Virus record (IMG/VR): IMGVR_UViG_3300044652_000007
Span: 1-44,850 of that record
Origin: a virus
Taxonomy: Duplodnaviria > Caudoviricetes
Reading direction: 5' to 3' (one strand)
DNA: 44,850 bases
The notes under the pieces are model-generated. The model was not told the DNA's origin. It saw nothing but the letters and a program-made list of their open reading frames with translations, and made no database searches. Of the stretch, positions 7,376 to 15,900 are shown piece by piece. The translations under genes and the position numbers were made by a program. How positions within the stretch are numbered: the first letter of the stretch is position 1; each line of letters starts with the position of its first letter.

Positions 7376-8479
7376 ATGGCACGAACCGTCCCCTGCGGCC
7401 GCGGCCGCTCCAAGGTCCGCTGGCGCGATCCGGTCACGGGTGCCGATCGCTCGACCAAGGCCCTCCCGAACCACGAGGCCGAGCAGCTCCGCCGCGAGCT
7501 GGATGCGGAGGCGCGTGCACGGCGCGAACTGCGCACGCTGCGCCCCGGCATCGTGGTGCCGCTGGCGACCGTCCTCGGCTCGTGGGCACGATGGACGGTG
7601 GCCAACGAGCAGGCGAGCGAGCACCACGCCGCGGAGGTCGCCCGCATCCTCGGCCGCCTGATCGAAGCCCGCGGCTGGACGACGACGCGCGACGTGACGA
7701 CGCAGGCGATCACCGCCTGGCGTGCCGAGGGCGGGGGCACCGAGCGAAAGCTGGGGCTGCTCAAGACGCTGTTGCGCTACGCGCGCGCCCACCTCCGGCA
7801 GCCAGTGGACGAGCATGTGCTGCACACCGCGGCGAAGCGCGTCGAGCACCGACCGCCGCCGGATCTGCTCACCTCGGACCAGGTGCGTGCGCTCATCGGC
7901 CGCGCGCGCGACCGCGGCGGCGAGCATGCCGGCGCGATCGTCGAGCACCTCGCGACGTACGGATGCCGCCCGATCGACGCCTGCCGGCTGCGCGTCCGCG
8001 ATTTCAACCCGTCCACGGGCATGATCACGCTGCGCCGGGTGAAGGGCGGCGGCGGCGCGACGCACCCGCTCAAGCCCGAGCACGTCCAGCGCTACCGCGC
8101 GCTGTGCGCCAACCGCGAGCCGAACGCGCCGCTGTTCCTCTCGCCCTACGGCGACGGCTGGCGACACGCGCGCAGCGCCGGCCAGCTCGTCGACTGGTAC
8201 ACCGCGAACGTCAGTGAGTACCTGTTGCCGCGACCGCAGCGCGGGCTCTACGCGCTCAAGGACTACGCCATCTCCACGATGGATCGCGCCGGCATCGACG
8301 ACCGCACCAAGGCGTTGTTCACCGGGCACCGCACGCTCGCGGTGTTCGCGCGCTACAAGACGACGAACCAGGAGCGCGCCGCGGCGGCCATCGCCGCCCT
8401 CGCGCGCCCCGGCTTCGCTCCCGGATCCGCCCCCGCCGAGCCCCAACCGCGCCCTTGGGGCGCGGCGGGCTCGGCGTAA
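7376..8479 (+). CDS. int: Tyrosine recombinase / integrase
   Basis: LATYGCRPIDACRLRVRDF (R), VKGG (K), YALK (HxxR variant), TGHRT (H), FARY (Y); adjacent to attP. Confidence 0.9.
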   Translation: MARTVPCGRGRSKVRWRDPVTGADRSTKALPNHEAEQLRRELDAEARARRELRTLRPGIVVPLATVLGSWARWTVANEQASEHHAAEVARILGRLIEARGWTTTRDVTTQAITAWRAEGGGTERKLGLLKTLLRYARAHLRQPVDEHVLHTAAKRVEHRPPPDLLTSDQVRALIGRARDRGGEHAGAIVEHLATYGCRPIDACRLRVRDFNPSTGMITLRRVKGGGGATHPLKPEHVQRYRALCANREPNAPLFLSPYGDGWRHARSAGQLVDWYTANVSEYLLPRPQRGLYALKDYAISTMDRAGIDDRTKALFTGHRTLAVFARYKTTNQERAAAAIAALARPGFAPGSAPAEPQPRPWGAAGSA

Positions 8480-8685
8480 GTCCTTGTCGTTTGGTGGCCC
8501 CAGGCGGAATCGAACCGCCGACACGCGGATTTTCAATCCGAGATGTAGGCGCATACGAACACACGTGGCCGAACGTGTGCTTGACTCGTCAGGAGTTAGC
8601 GCCGGCGATTCACCGCTGAAAACACGTGGAGGCACGCGGCGCGCGCCCCAACCGCGCCCCACTGCGCGAGCTTCCCGCGCCCCAC
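8436..8685. repeat. Integrase arm-type-like repeats, consensus CCGCGCCCCAM, flanking the attP core
   Basis: Copies at 8436, 8447, 8455 (inverted), 8641, 8652, 8675; exact 15-bp GCCCCAACCGCGCCC at 8440 and 8645. Confidence 0.65.
8492..8540 (-). other. attP core: 3' half of tRNA-Phe(GAA), anticodon arm to CCA
   Basis: Minus strand CGGATTGAAAATCCGCGTGTCGGCGGTTCGATTCCGCCTGGGGCCACCA: GAA anticodon loop, T-arm with TTCGATT, CCA end; no D-arm; 12 bp from the int stop. Confidence 0.9.
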
Positions 8686-8721
8686 GTGCACGCACCGCCC
8701 CGGGTGCTACAAGCCGCCGCC

Positions 8722-9162
8722 ATGCGCCATGCCCTGCTGCTCGCGGTCCTCATGCTGGCTGGCTGCGGCGGCAGCGGCGGCGGCTCGACGAGCAGCAGCG
8801 CGCCGCCACCTCCGCCACCACACGACCCGACCTTCGATCGCATCGCCGGCGCGTGGACGGGGAAGGTCTACCGCTCGACGGGGATCTATGGCTCGGTGTT
8901 CGCCGTCGGTCAGGTCGTTGCCTTCACGGTGGACGACGCCGGCTACCTGCACGGCAGCGATGGCCGCGGCGGCACGCTGGACGTGCGTCTCTACGAGACG
9001 GATCCGCCGCGGCAGTTTGAAGGCGACCGTGCGCTTGCCGGTGGCGGCACCGAGCACGTCATGTTGTACGACGACGAGCTGGCACCGCCGCCGATCGCGA
9101 GTCTGACGATCCCCGGCACCAGCTCGGCCGTCTGGTTCACGCTCACCGGCCCGACGGGCTAG
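8722..9162 (+). CDS. Lipoprotein (146 aa), possible lysogenic conversion / superinfection exclusion
   Basis: MRHALLLAVLMLAG-C lipobox, Gly/Ser/Pro linker, beta-rich domain. Confidence 0.75.
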   Translation: MRHALLLAVLMLAGCGGSGGGSTSSSAPPPPPPHDPTFDRIAGAWTGKVYRSTGIYGSVFAVGQVVAFTVDDAGYLHGSDGRGGTLDVRLYETDPPRQFEGDRALAGGGTEHVMLYDDELAPPPIASLTIPGTSSAVWFTLTGPTG

Positions 9163-9446
9163 AGCCGCATCACCGCGATCGTGCGCCCGATCGCCGACTC
9201 GCGCACCGCCTCGTCCGGCACCTCGCGGCCTTCGACCAGGTCGAGCGCCGTGAGCGGCAGGTTGCGCTCCTTGGCGGCGCGCAGCACGGCGACCAGGTGC
9301 CGGCTAGGGACCAGCCCGCGGTCCTGCATCCGGTAGCCGATCGTCGCCCACTTGTGGGTTTGCGCGCGCGTCACGCCGATGGCCTTGGCCAGCGCGTGGT
9401 AGCCGCCGAACACGAACACCGCGTAGGCGGCGGGAGAAAGCCTCAT
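9159..9446 (-). CDS. Cro-like HTH protein (switch 2; 95 aa)
   Basis: SPAAYAVFVFGGYHALAKAIGVTRAQTHKW...GLVPSRH...LRAAKERNLPLTALDL, a Cro/YdaS-like pattern; divergent from the CI-like gene. Confidence 0.8.
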   Translation of the reverse strand: MRLSPAAYAVFVFGGYHALAKAIGVTRAQTHKWATIGYRMQDRGLVPSRHLVAVLRAAKERNLPLTALDLVEGREVPDEAVRESAIGRTIAVMRL

Positions 9447-9452
9447 GTCCAG

Positions 9453-9578
9453 GTTGTCCAGACGGATACCGCGAGCGCAATGGCTTGGTGTCCATTTGGG
9501 ATACTCGGCAGAGTGTTTTAGGTTGCGCTTGTTGCAACGGGTTCGTTTGTGGTTGTCGGCCGTATCCCAAACGGCAAC
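9453..9578. promoter_or_regulatory. Operator array of switch 2: three clear and one degenerate 17-bp palindromes
   Basis: GTTGTCCAGACGGATAC 9453, GTGTCCATTTGGGATAC 9488, GTTGCGCTTGTTGCAAC 9522 (degenerate), GTATCCCAAACGGCAAC 9562. Confidence 0.75.
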
Positions 9579-9587
9579 GTAGCCGCC

Positions 9588-10211
9588 ATGACCACCGCAA
9601 CGAAGGCGCGCCGTTTCACCATCGACACGGAGTGGTTCGTCCGCCGGATCGGCGAGACGGTCGGCAGCCAGGTCGAGCTGGCGCGGCTGATGAAGACCCG
9701 CACCGGCGAGCAGATGACCAAGGCCACGGTCTGGAAGACGCTCACCGGCCGGCGCGCGCTCGGCGCGAGCGAGGCGGCGCAGATGGCCGTCCACCTCGGG
9801 GTGCCGGTCGGCGAGATCCTCCGCCACGCCGGCGGCGCGCGCTTCGAGCGCCCCCTGCCGACCGCGTCCGTCCCGCTGGTCGGCACGGTCGACGGCGAGG
9901 GCCACGTGGATGCGGAGTGGAAGGAGACGAACGGCGACCAGGTGATCGCGCCGCCGCATCTCCCCGCCGGCGCGCTGGCCGTCGTGGTCGAGGCCGGCAC
10001 GTACCAGGGGACGATCCTGTACCTCGGCGCGCAGGCGCCGCGGCCAGCCAAGGATCGCTTCTGCGTCGTGAAGCTGGAGCGCGGGCCGACGGTCTGCGCC
10101 TACGCGCTGCGCCGCGGCACGGTGACGACGTGGCCGGGGATGTGCGAGGTGGAGGCGGATGCTACAGCCATGTCGTGGGTTCGCCCTGTCCTCTGGCAGC
10201 GGCTGCCGTAG
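9588..10211 (+). CDS. CI-like repressor (switch 2; 207 aa), HTH plus degenerate S24-like C-domain
   Basis: IDTEWFVRRI...SQVELARLM...TVWKTLTGRRALGASEAAQMAVHLGVPVGEILRHAG; VPLVGTV...ALAVVV C-domain; no SD, possibly leaderless. Confidence 0.8.
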   Translation: MTTATKARRFTIDTEWFVRRIGETVGSQVELARLMKTRTGEQMTKATVWKTLTGRRALGASEAAQMAVHLGVPVGEILRHAGGARFERPLPTASVPLVGTVDGEGHVDAEWKETNGDQVIAPPHLPAGALAVVVEAGTYQGTILYLGAQAPRPAKDRFCVVKLERGPTVCAYALRRGTVTTWPGMCEVEADATAMSWVRPVLWQRLP

Positions 10212-10311
10212 GATCAGCGCGTCGCGCAGCGGACGAGGCTTTGGCCCGGCTACACGGTTCTGGGCTGTGGTGTGTCGGGGTGGGTAGCGAGCGGCTGACC
10301 AGCGACACGAC

Positions 10312-10337
10312 CGACCCCGGACCTCAAGCCGGGGTCG
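10312..10337. terminator. Hairpin between convergent repressor and lysis genes
   Basis: CGACCCCGG-ACCTCAAG-CCGGGGTCG perfect 9-bp stem. Confidence 0.55.
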
Positions 10338-10344
10338 ACTCGTT

Positions 10345-11010
10345 TCAGGCGGCGATGCGCGCGCGGACCTTGTTGACGACCGCCGCCGCCTTGCCCTCCA
10401 GCTTCGCGACCACGTCCGGCGCCACGGCTGCAACCTGCGTCGCCACCTCCTGGTGCCCGAGCGCATGGCGCAGCAGCGTCATCAGCGAGACGAGGCCGAA
10501 GGCGCCGTCCACCCACGGCATGTAGTCGAGCAGCGAGCGCACGGTGAGCGACAGCAGGATCGAGCCGAGCATGCCGGCGGACAGCGCCGACAGCAGCGGG
10601 CGCACGAGCGGGAAGTAGAACGCGCCGGCGGCGGCGAGCGCAGCGACGAGGATCGACCAGGAGACGTTGCGCATGAGCGACGCGCGCGCGGCCGCATCCT
10701 CGGCGATCCGCGCCGCGCGCTCTTCTGCCTTCTTCTCGTCGTCGAGCGTCTTGGCTGCCGCCTGCGCGCGCGCATCGGCGTCGGCAGCCTCGCGCTGCGC
10801 GGCATCGCGCTCCTGCTCGGTCTTGGCGATGCGCTCGTGCGCGTGCGCCACCGCCGCGTCCTGGTCGGCCTTGGCCTTCGCGTCCAGCTTCTGCTCGACG
10901 TTGTCGGCGACATGGCCGGCTGGCGTCCGGCTGCCGCAGCCTCCGAGGCACAGCGCGCACGCGCCGAGTAGCGCGGCGAGGATGGTCGTCACGAGACGGA
11001 AGCGCATCAC
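10345..11010 (-). CDS. Lipoprotein with coiled coil and C-terminal TM helices; putative unimolecular spanin
   Basis: LGG-C lipobox, Ala/Glu/Lys-rich helical stretch, then 2-3 hydrophobic segments; last gene of the late operon. Confidence 0.6.
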   Translation of the reverse strand: MMRFRLVTTILAALLGACALCLGGCGSRTPAGHVADNVEQKLDAKAKADQDAAVAHAHERIAKTEQERDAAQREAADADARAQAAAKTLDDEKKAEERAARIAEDAAARASLMRNVSWSILVAALAAAGAFYFPLVRPLLSALSAGMLGSILLSLTVRSLLDYMPWVDGAFGLVSLMTLLRHALGHQEVATQVAAVAPDVVAKLEGKAAAVVNKVRARIAA

Positions 11011-11333
11011 GTCTCCTTCTGCTTCGGGATCAGCGCCGAGCGGTCGCGCTCGCGGAAGTGGATCGGCGTCGGCGGATCGCCCATCACGCGCTTGAGCACG
11101 GCAGTATTCTCGGCCAGGCCGGCGATGCCGCGTTCCGTCAGATCCGCGAGGATCTCAAACTGGCGCTTTTCCATCGTCTCGACGCGCTGCTCCAGCTTCC
11201 CGTTGCGCGTCTCGCATTCGCGGTGCCGCTCCACCGAGAGACGCTCGGCGCGCTTCTCGCGCTTGTTGAACCAGAGGACGGCGACGATGAGCGCGCCCGT
11301 CAGCGTGAGGTGGCCGGCGATGGTCGGGTCCAT
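11007..11333 (-). CDS. Holin-like protein (N-terminal TM plus coiled coil; 108 aa)
   Basis: MDPTIAGHLTLTGALIVAVLWFNKREK...; directly after the tail fibre and coupled to the next gene. Confidence 0.55.
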   Translation of the reverse strand: MDPTIAGHLTLTGALIVAVLWFNKREKRAERLSVERHRECETRNGKLEQRVETMEKRQFEILADLTERGIAGLAENTAVLKRVMGDPPTPIHFRERDRSALIPKQKET

Positions 11334-11335
11334 AC

Positions 11336-12874
11336 TCACCAAACGGGAATCTCGATGATGGAGAAGTAGGCGCGGGCGTTGATGGTGCCGACCGCGTTGG
11401 GGAGCGCCGTGTTGCGCGCGCCGCCCGTGTTGTGGAACACCTCGACCCACACCGGCGTACCGGCGCCGAGCGCGATCACGGCGCTGGTCGTGAGCCACGG
11501 CGTGGTCGCCGTGTTCGGAATGGCCATCTCGGCGAACACCGGGCTGGCGCTCGCCGGCGACGAGTTGGTGCGGACGTAGAACCGCGTCGCCACCGTGCCG
11601 GCCGCCAGGCCCACGCTGATCGACACCTGGTAGGCGCCGGTGCGCCGCGGCATGAACCAGTTGTTGCCGGTGTCGAGGAAGTCGCTGATGCCGGCGGTGT
11701 AGGCCGTGCCGTCGAGGACCAGCTTGGTCGGCGTCGAGTCGGGGATGGACTGCGCGTTGAGCTGCGAGCACGCCGCGGACATCGACCGGGACTTGCCCGC
11801 GATCTTGATCCACGCGCTGCCCGTGCAGTACAGCACGGCCAGCTCGTTGTACCACAGCACGCGCGAGGTGAAGCCGTCGATCTTCTCGCCCAGCGCGTTG
11901 CCGGCGATCGTGACCAGCTTGGTCAGCGACGAGTCCATGCGCAGCGCGATGAACTTGCCGCCGTTGCCCGAGACGGGCGGCAGAAGCACGGTGTAGTCCG
12001 CCGGCGTGCCGGCATCGACGCAGACGTGCCAGCGGCCGAACGCGGTCCCGGTCAGCGTCGTGGCGCCGTTGATCGTGATCTCGGCCTGCGCGCGCGCCGA
12101 GAGCATGTCGACCGCGGCCCAGGTCGCATCTTCACGCAGGAAGCGCGAGGTGCCGGCGACGCCGCCCGGATCGGGGACGAGGCCAGCAGCGTGCGAGCCA
12201 CCCGACGCGACCATCGTCGCGACGTTCGCCGCGGCCTGCGCCGGCGTCAGCACCGTGGGCGACGTGCCGCCGGTCGGCGACCCCAGGATGCCCTGGGTGA
12301 TCGACGCCATGCGGTCCTGGGCGATCGAGCCCGCGGCGACCTTGGCGTTGGTGACGGTCCCATCGCCCGGCACGGCGAGCGGCACGCTGCCAGGATCGAA
12401 CGCCTCCAGCGCGTTGCCGAGGTTGTTCCAGCGGATGCCCTGGCCAGCGGCCGGTATCGGCAGGTTGAGGTTGTAGCCGGCCGGCGACAGGGCCGGGTTG
12501 AGCGTCAGCGAGCGCGAGAGCTGGTCTTGCTGCTGCTGGGCGATCTTGGTCAGCTTGTCGAAGCCGGCTTCCACCTGCGCCGGCGTCGCCGGGAGGCTCA
12601 CCGTCTGCGTGATCGGATCGACGCGCCGCAACGCGATCAGCACGCCGGAGGCGGGGGCGCCAGCGACTATCGTCACGTTGCCGCCGCCCGGTCGGCCCAC
12701 GTCGGAGTCGGGGATGGTGAAGCCCGAGCCGAGCGAGAGCGTCGTCACCGTCCCGGCGTTGACCGTCGAGGCCACCACCTCGGACTTGTCCGTGATGGTC
12801 CAAGTGAACGGGAACGTCGCAGTGACGCCGTCGCCGACGTAGTCGTTTCTGTTGGTCGTGGTCGTGACGGTCAT
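11336..12874 (-). CDS. Tail fibre protein (512 aa)
   Basis: N-terminal YVGDGVTATFPFTW...GGNVT...IALRRV..ITQ...EAGFDKLT podovirus fibre attachment domain; beta-rich C-terminal tip. Confidence 0.88.
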   Translation of the reverse strand: MTVTTTTNRNDYVGDGVTATFPFTWTITDKSEVVASTVNAGTVTTLSLGSGFTIPDSDVGRPGGGNVTIVAGAPASGVLIALRRVDPITQTVSLPATPAQVEAGFDKLTKIAQQQQDQLSRSLTLNPALSPAGYNLNLPIPAAGQGIRWNNLGNALEAFDPGSVPLAVPGDGTVTNAKVAAGSIAQDRMASITQGILGSPTGGTSPTVLTPAQAAANVATMVASGGSHAAGLVPDPGGVAGTSRFLREDATWAAVDMLSARAQAEITINGATTLTGTAFGRWHVCVDAGTPADYTVLLPPVSGNGGKFIALRMDSSLTKLVTIAGNALGEKIDGFTSRVLWYNELAVLYCTGSAWIKIAGKSRSMSAACSQLNAQSIPDSTPTKLVLDGTAYTAGISDFLDTGNNWFMPRRTGAYQVSISVGLAAGTVATRFYVRTNSSPASASPVFAEMAIPNTATTPWLTTSAVIALGAGTPVWVEVFHNTGGARNTALPNAVGTINARAYFSIIEIPVW

Positions 12875-12901
12875 GGCGGCGACTCCCCACAGTGTGCGGC
12901 G

Positions 12902-12918
12902 GTATCCCGATGGGCAAC
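12902..12918. promoter_or_regulatory. 17-bp operator upstream of tail fibre/lysis genes
   Basis: GTATCCCGATGGGCAAC, intergenic. Confidence 0.7.
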
Positions 12919-12958
12919 CGCTCGGCCGACGGTTTGCGATCCGAAGGTGGACATACGC

Positions 12959-15900
12959 CTATCGTTTCGGAGGCGGCCCGCCGATGAGCGGCGCCGGCGA
13001 TCCGCCGTGCTCCAGCCAGTAGGCGAAGCCCTCGGCGGTGCGCGCGGTCTGCGCCGTCGGCCAGTGGGTCAGCACGCCGGCGACATCGAAGGCGGCTTCG
13101 CCCAGCTTCGTGTCGCGGTTCGGGTGCTCCCACTTCTCGTGAAGCTTCTCGGCGAAGGTGCCGAGCTGCTCCAACCCGCGCGTTCCGGTCGGGCCGTGGT
13201 AGCCCATGCCGCGGAACAGCGTGGCGGAGAAGTCGCGCGCCAGCGGGATCTCGCCCAGCAGCATGCCGCCGATCTCTTCCGTGATCGTGGCGTCCTTGTC
13301 CTTGTTGGGGTGCGGGTGCAGGAAGTTGCGCAGGGCCGTCACCGCCGCGGCCGGCAAGACGTACAGGAGCATCATGTCCACGGCGAGCTTGCCCGTCGCC
13401 GCGAGGTCGTGCCCGATCGCCGGCAGCGAGGTGGGCGCCTGGAAGGTCGAGCCGTAGCGCTTGAGCGACTCGGCGCGCAGGTTGTACGTCGTGTTCGCGT
13501 AGTGGATGAACTGCGTGAACAGCCGCTTGAGCGGGTGGCCGCGCTGGATCGACGCGAGGTCGTGCGGGTCGTTGGACCCCTGCGTCTCGCGCACCGTCGA
13601 GTCGGCGATGGCCGCTGCCTTGGCCACGTCGCCGTCGTGTTCCTCCAGCGCCTTCTCGTGAGCGGCGACCCACGTGAGCACGCCGACGGCGCGGTCCATC
13701 TTGGTCACGAGATAGTGGAACGTCTCGCGGATCGGCGTCAGCACGCCGGTGGCGCGGAGCCGCTCGTTCACGTCGCCGATAGTGCGGTTGCGCATCCGCG
13801 CGCGCTCGCGCATGTACGGGCTCATCTCGTCGACCCACGCCGCCGCGTTCTTCCACGCCAGCGGATTGGCCACCAGCCGGCCGATCGTCTTGGCCATCTT
13901 CCCCGCGCCGACGCGCGTCATCACCTGGAAGATCCCCGAGCCGTTCATCAGCGCGACTTGCAGGTTCCACGCCATGGCCGCGGTCGACGAGCCGCTCGCG
14001 ATCCAGTTGATGGCGCGCTCCATGCCGTCCTGGCTGAACACGTCACCGGCCGCCGAGTCCTCCAACGCCGCGCGGATGTCCTCCATCGCGCCATCGCCGT
14101 AGTGCTTGCGGATCGCCGTCTCCACCTCGCCGTCCTTGTTCAACAGGCGGTTGATGTCGATCAGCGTCTCATGGTAGGCGAGGTCGTGAAAGACGCGGTT
14201 CAGGTGCTCGTAGAGCACGCCGAACTCGAGGCGCAACGGCACGCCCAGCCCGTCCTCGGCGCGTGCCTTGGTGTGGTTGCGCCGCGTCGTCGCCGCGCCG
14301 TAGCCGCCGGCCTTCATCAGCGACGCCTGCTCGGCGCGGAGCTGGCCATGCGCCTTGGTCGAGCGCGTCGGGTCGTAGGCGATCGGGAAGTATCCGCCCT
14401 TGAAGGTGCCGAAGCGCGTTTCCACCGGCAGCGCGTCGACCTTCTCCGGCGCCACGCCCGTCACGCGCTGTTGCTTCGCCGCGATCCGGTACCAGTAGCT
14501 GTTCACCAGGTCGAGCGTGCCCTGGACGTAGTGCCAATCCTTCTCGTCGAGCGAGTCGAGGATGGCGTGGACCTCGTCCTGGGTGAACTGGCGCAGGAGC
14601 CGCTTGCGGTTGCCCTCGTTGCCCCAGTTGAGCGCGACCATGATCCGCTGCTCCAGCGTGATCGGCCGATCCAGCCCAGGGATCTCCTTCCGCACGCGCG
14701 CCATCGGGCCGAGCTTGCCCCACGCCTTGGCGAGCGCGCTGTACTTCTCGGCCGCCTCGCGCTTGTCGGTCCGCTCGCGATCCGATGCCTCGTTCAGCCG
14801 ACGCGTGATGTGATCCCACAGCGCGCCATGCTTGAAGCCGTCCATCTCGTACAGCCGCGAAGTCATCTTGCGCAGCGCGCCGACGAACCGGCCGAAGGCG
14901 CGCGCGGGTCCCGACAGCAGGCTCGGCCCGATCGGCTTGGACTTCTCCTTGCCGCCGAACTCCACGACGGTGTCGGCCATCGTCTTGCGCGCCTCGTCGA
15001 GCGTCTCCTTGCGCTGCTGCTCCAGCAGCTTGCGCTTGTTGAGCGCCATGGCCTCGATGTTGCGCACCGCATCGTTCAGCGCCGCGAACTCGTCGACCGT
15101 CAGCGAGCGCCAGTTGGTGCGCCGCGCCTCGTCGCGCATCTCGTCCGGAATGACTACCTGCTCGCCGGCCGCCTCGCGCTCGGCGATCCAGGCCGCGAGC
15201 GACTCGCGCCGCGTCACCTGCTCGTAGGGAATGGTCGTCAGATCGAAGCGCGCCAGCAGCGCGTCCATCTGTTCCAGGTAGCCGGAGGTGCGCGCGTAGG
15301 TCGCGCCGGCGACGTTCTTCGCTGCGTGCTCGGCCTCGGCCTCGGTTCCGAATGCCTGGGTGCTGCCGTCCGGGTTGGTGACGGTCCACTCCCAGCCGCC
15401 GGCCTTGCCGATGCGCTCGCGCCCGCGCTGCTTCTGGAGGTCGCGGATGTGGGCGAGGTTCTTGTCGACCTCGGCCATCCGGTCGGTCGCCGCTCGGTAC
15501 AGCTCGTGCGACATCAGCTCGCGCTGCTTCGCCTCGGCCGCCGCGTTCCAGTCGCCCTTGGCCGCCGCGGCGAACGCCTCGCGGCTGGCCTTGCGCGCCG
15601 CCGTGAGATAGCCCTTGGCGTTGACCTCGCGGATGCGCTTGTTGCGGATCGTCTCCTTGGCCGCGGCGCGCACCAACTCGACCGGCGGGATGGCGGACAC
15701 GGCCGCGTTCTTCACGGCATCCGCATACGCGCCTTCGGCGGTAGCCTGCTGCCGCGCGTCCTCGGCCGCCAGCTCGGCCTTCGCGCGCTCCAGGTTCGCC
15801 GCACGGTCGGCCGCCTCCTTCGCGACCGGCTTTGCCTCGCGCGCCAGCTTGCGCAGCGCCTTCAACTCCGCGTGGACCACCTCGGCGCGGTTCTCGTTCT

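Noticed and set aside
6676-8540. Integration-dependent immunity (attP inside the repressor gene, ssrA-like tags)
   Set aside because: The attP core is intergenic, after the int stop, and truncates neither repressor
8492-8570. Full-length tRNA-Phe gene
   Set aside because: Upstream GGCCACG could partly pair with the acceptor strand, but there is no D-arm with conserved GG and the spacing is wrong; only the 3' half is tRNA-like, so it is called attP
10212-12958. Diversity-generating retroelement, as in BPP-1
   Set aside because: No reverse transcriptase, no avd-like gene and no TR/VR repeat pair differing at adenines seen near any fibre gene
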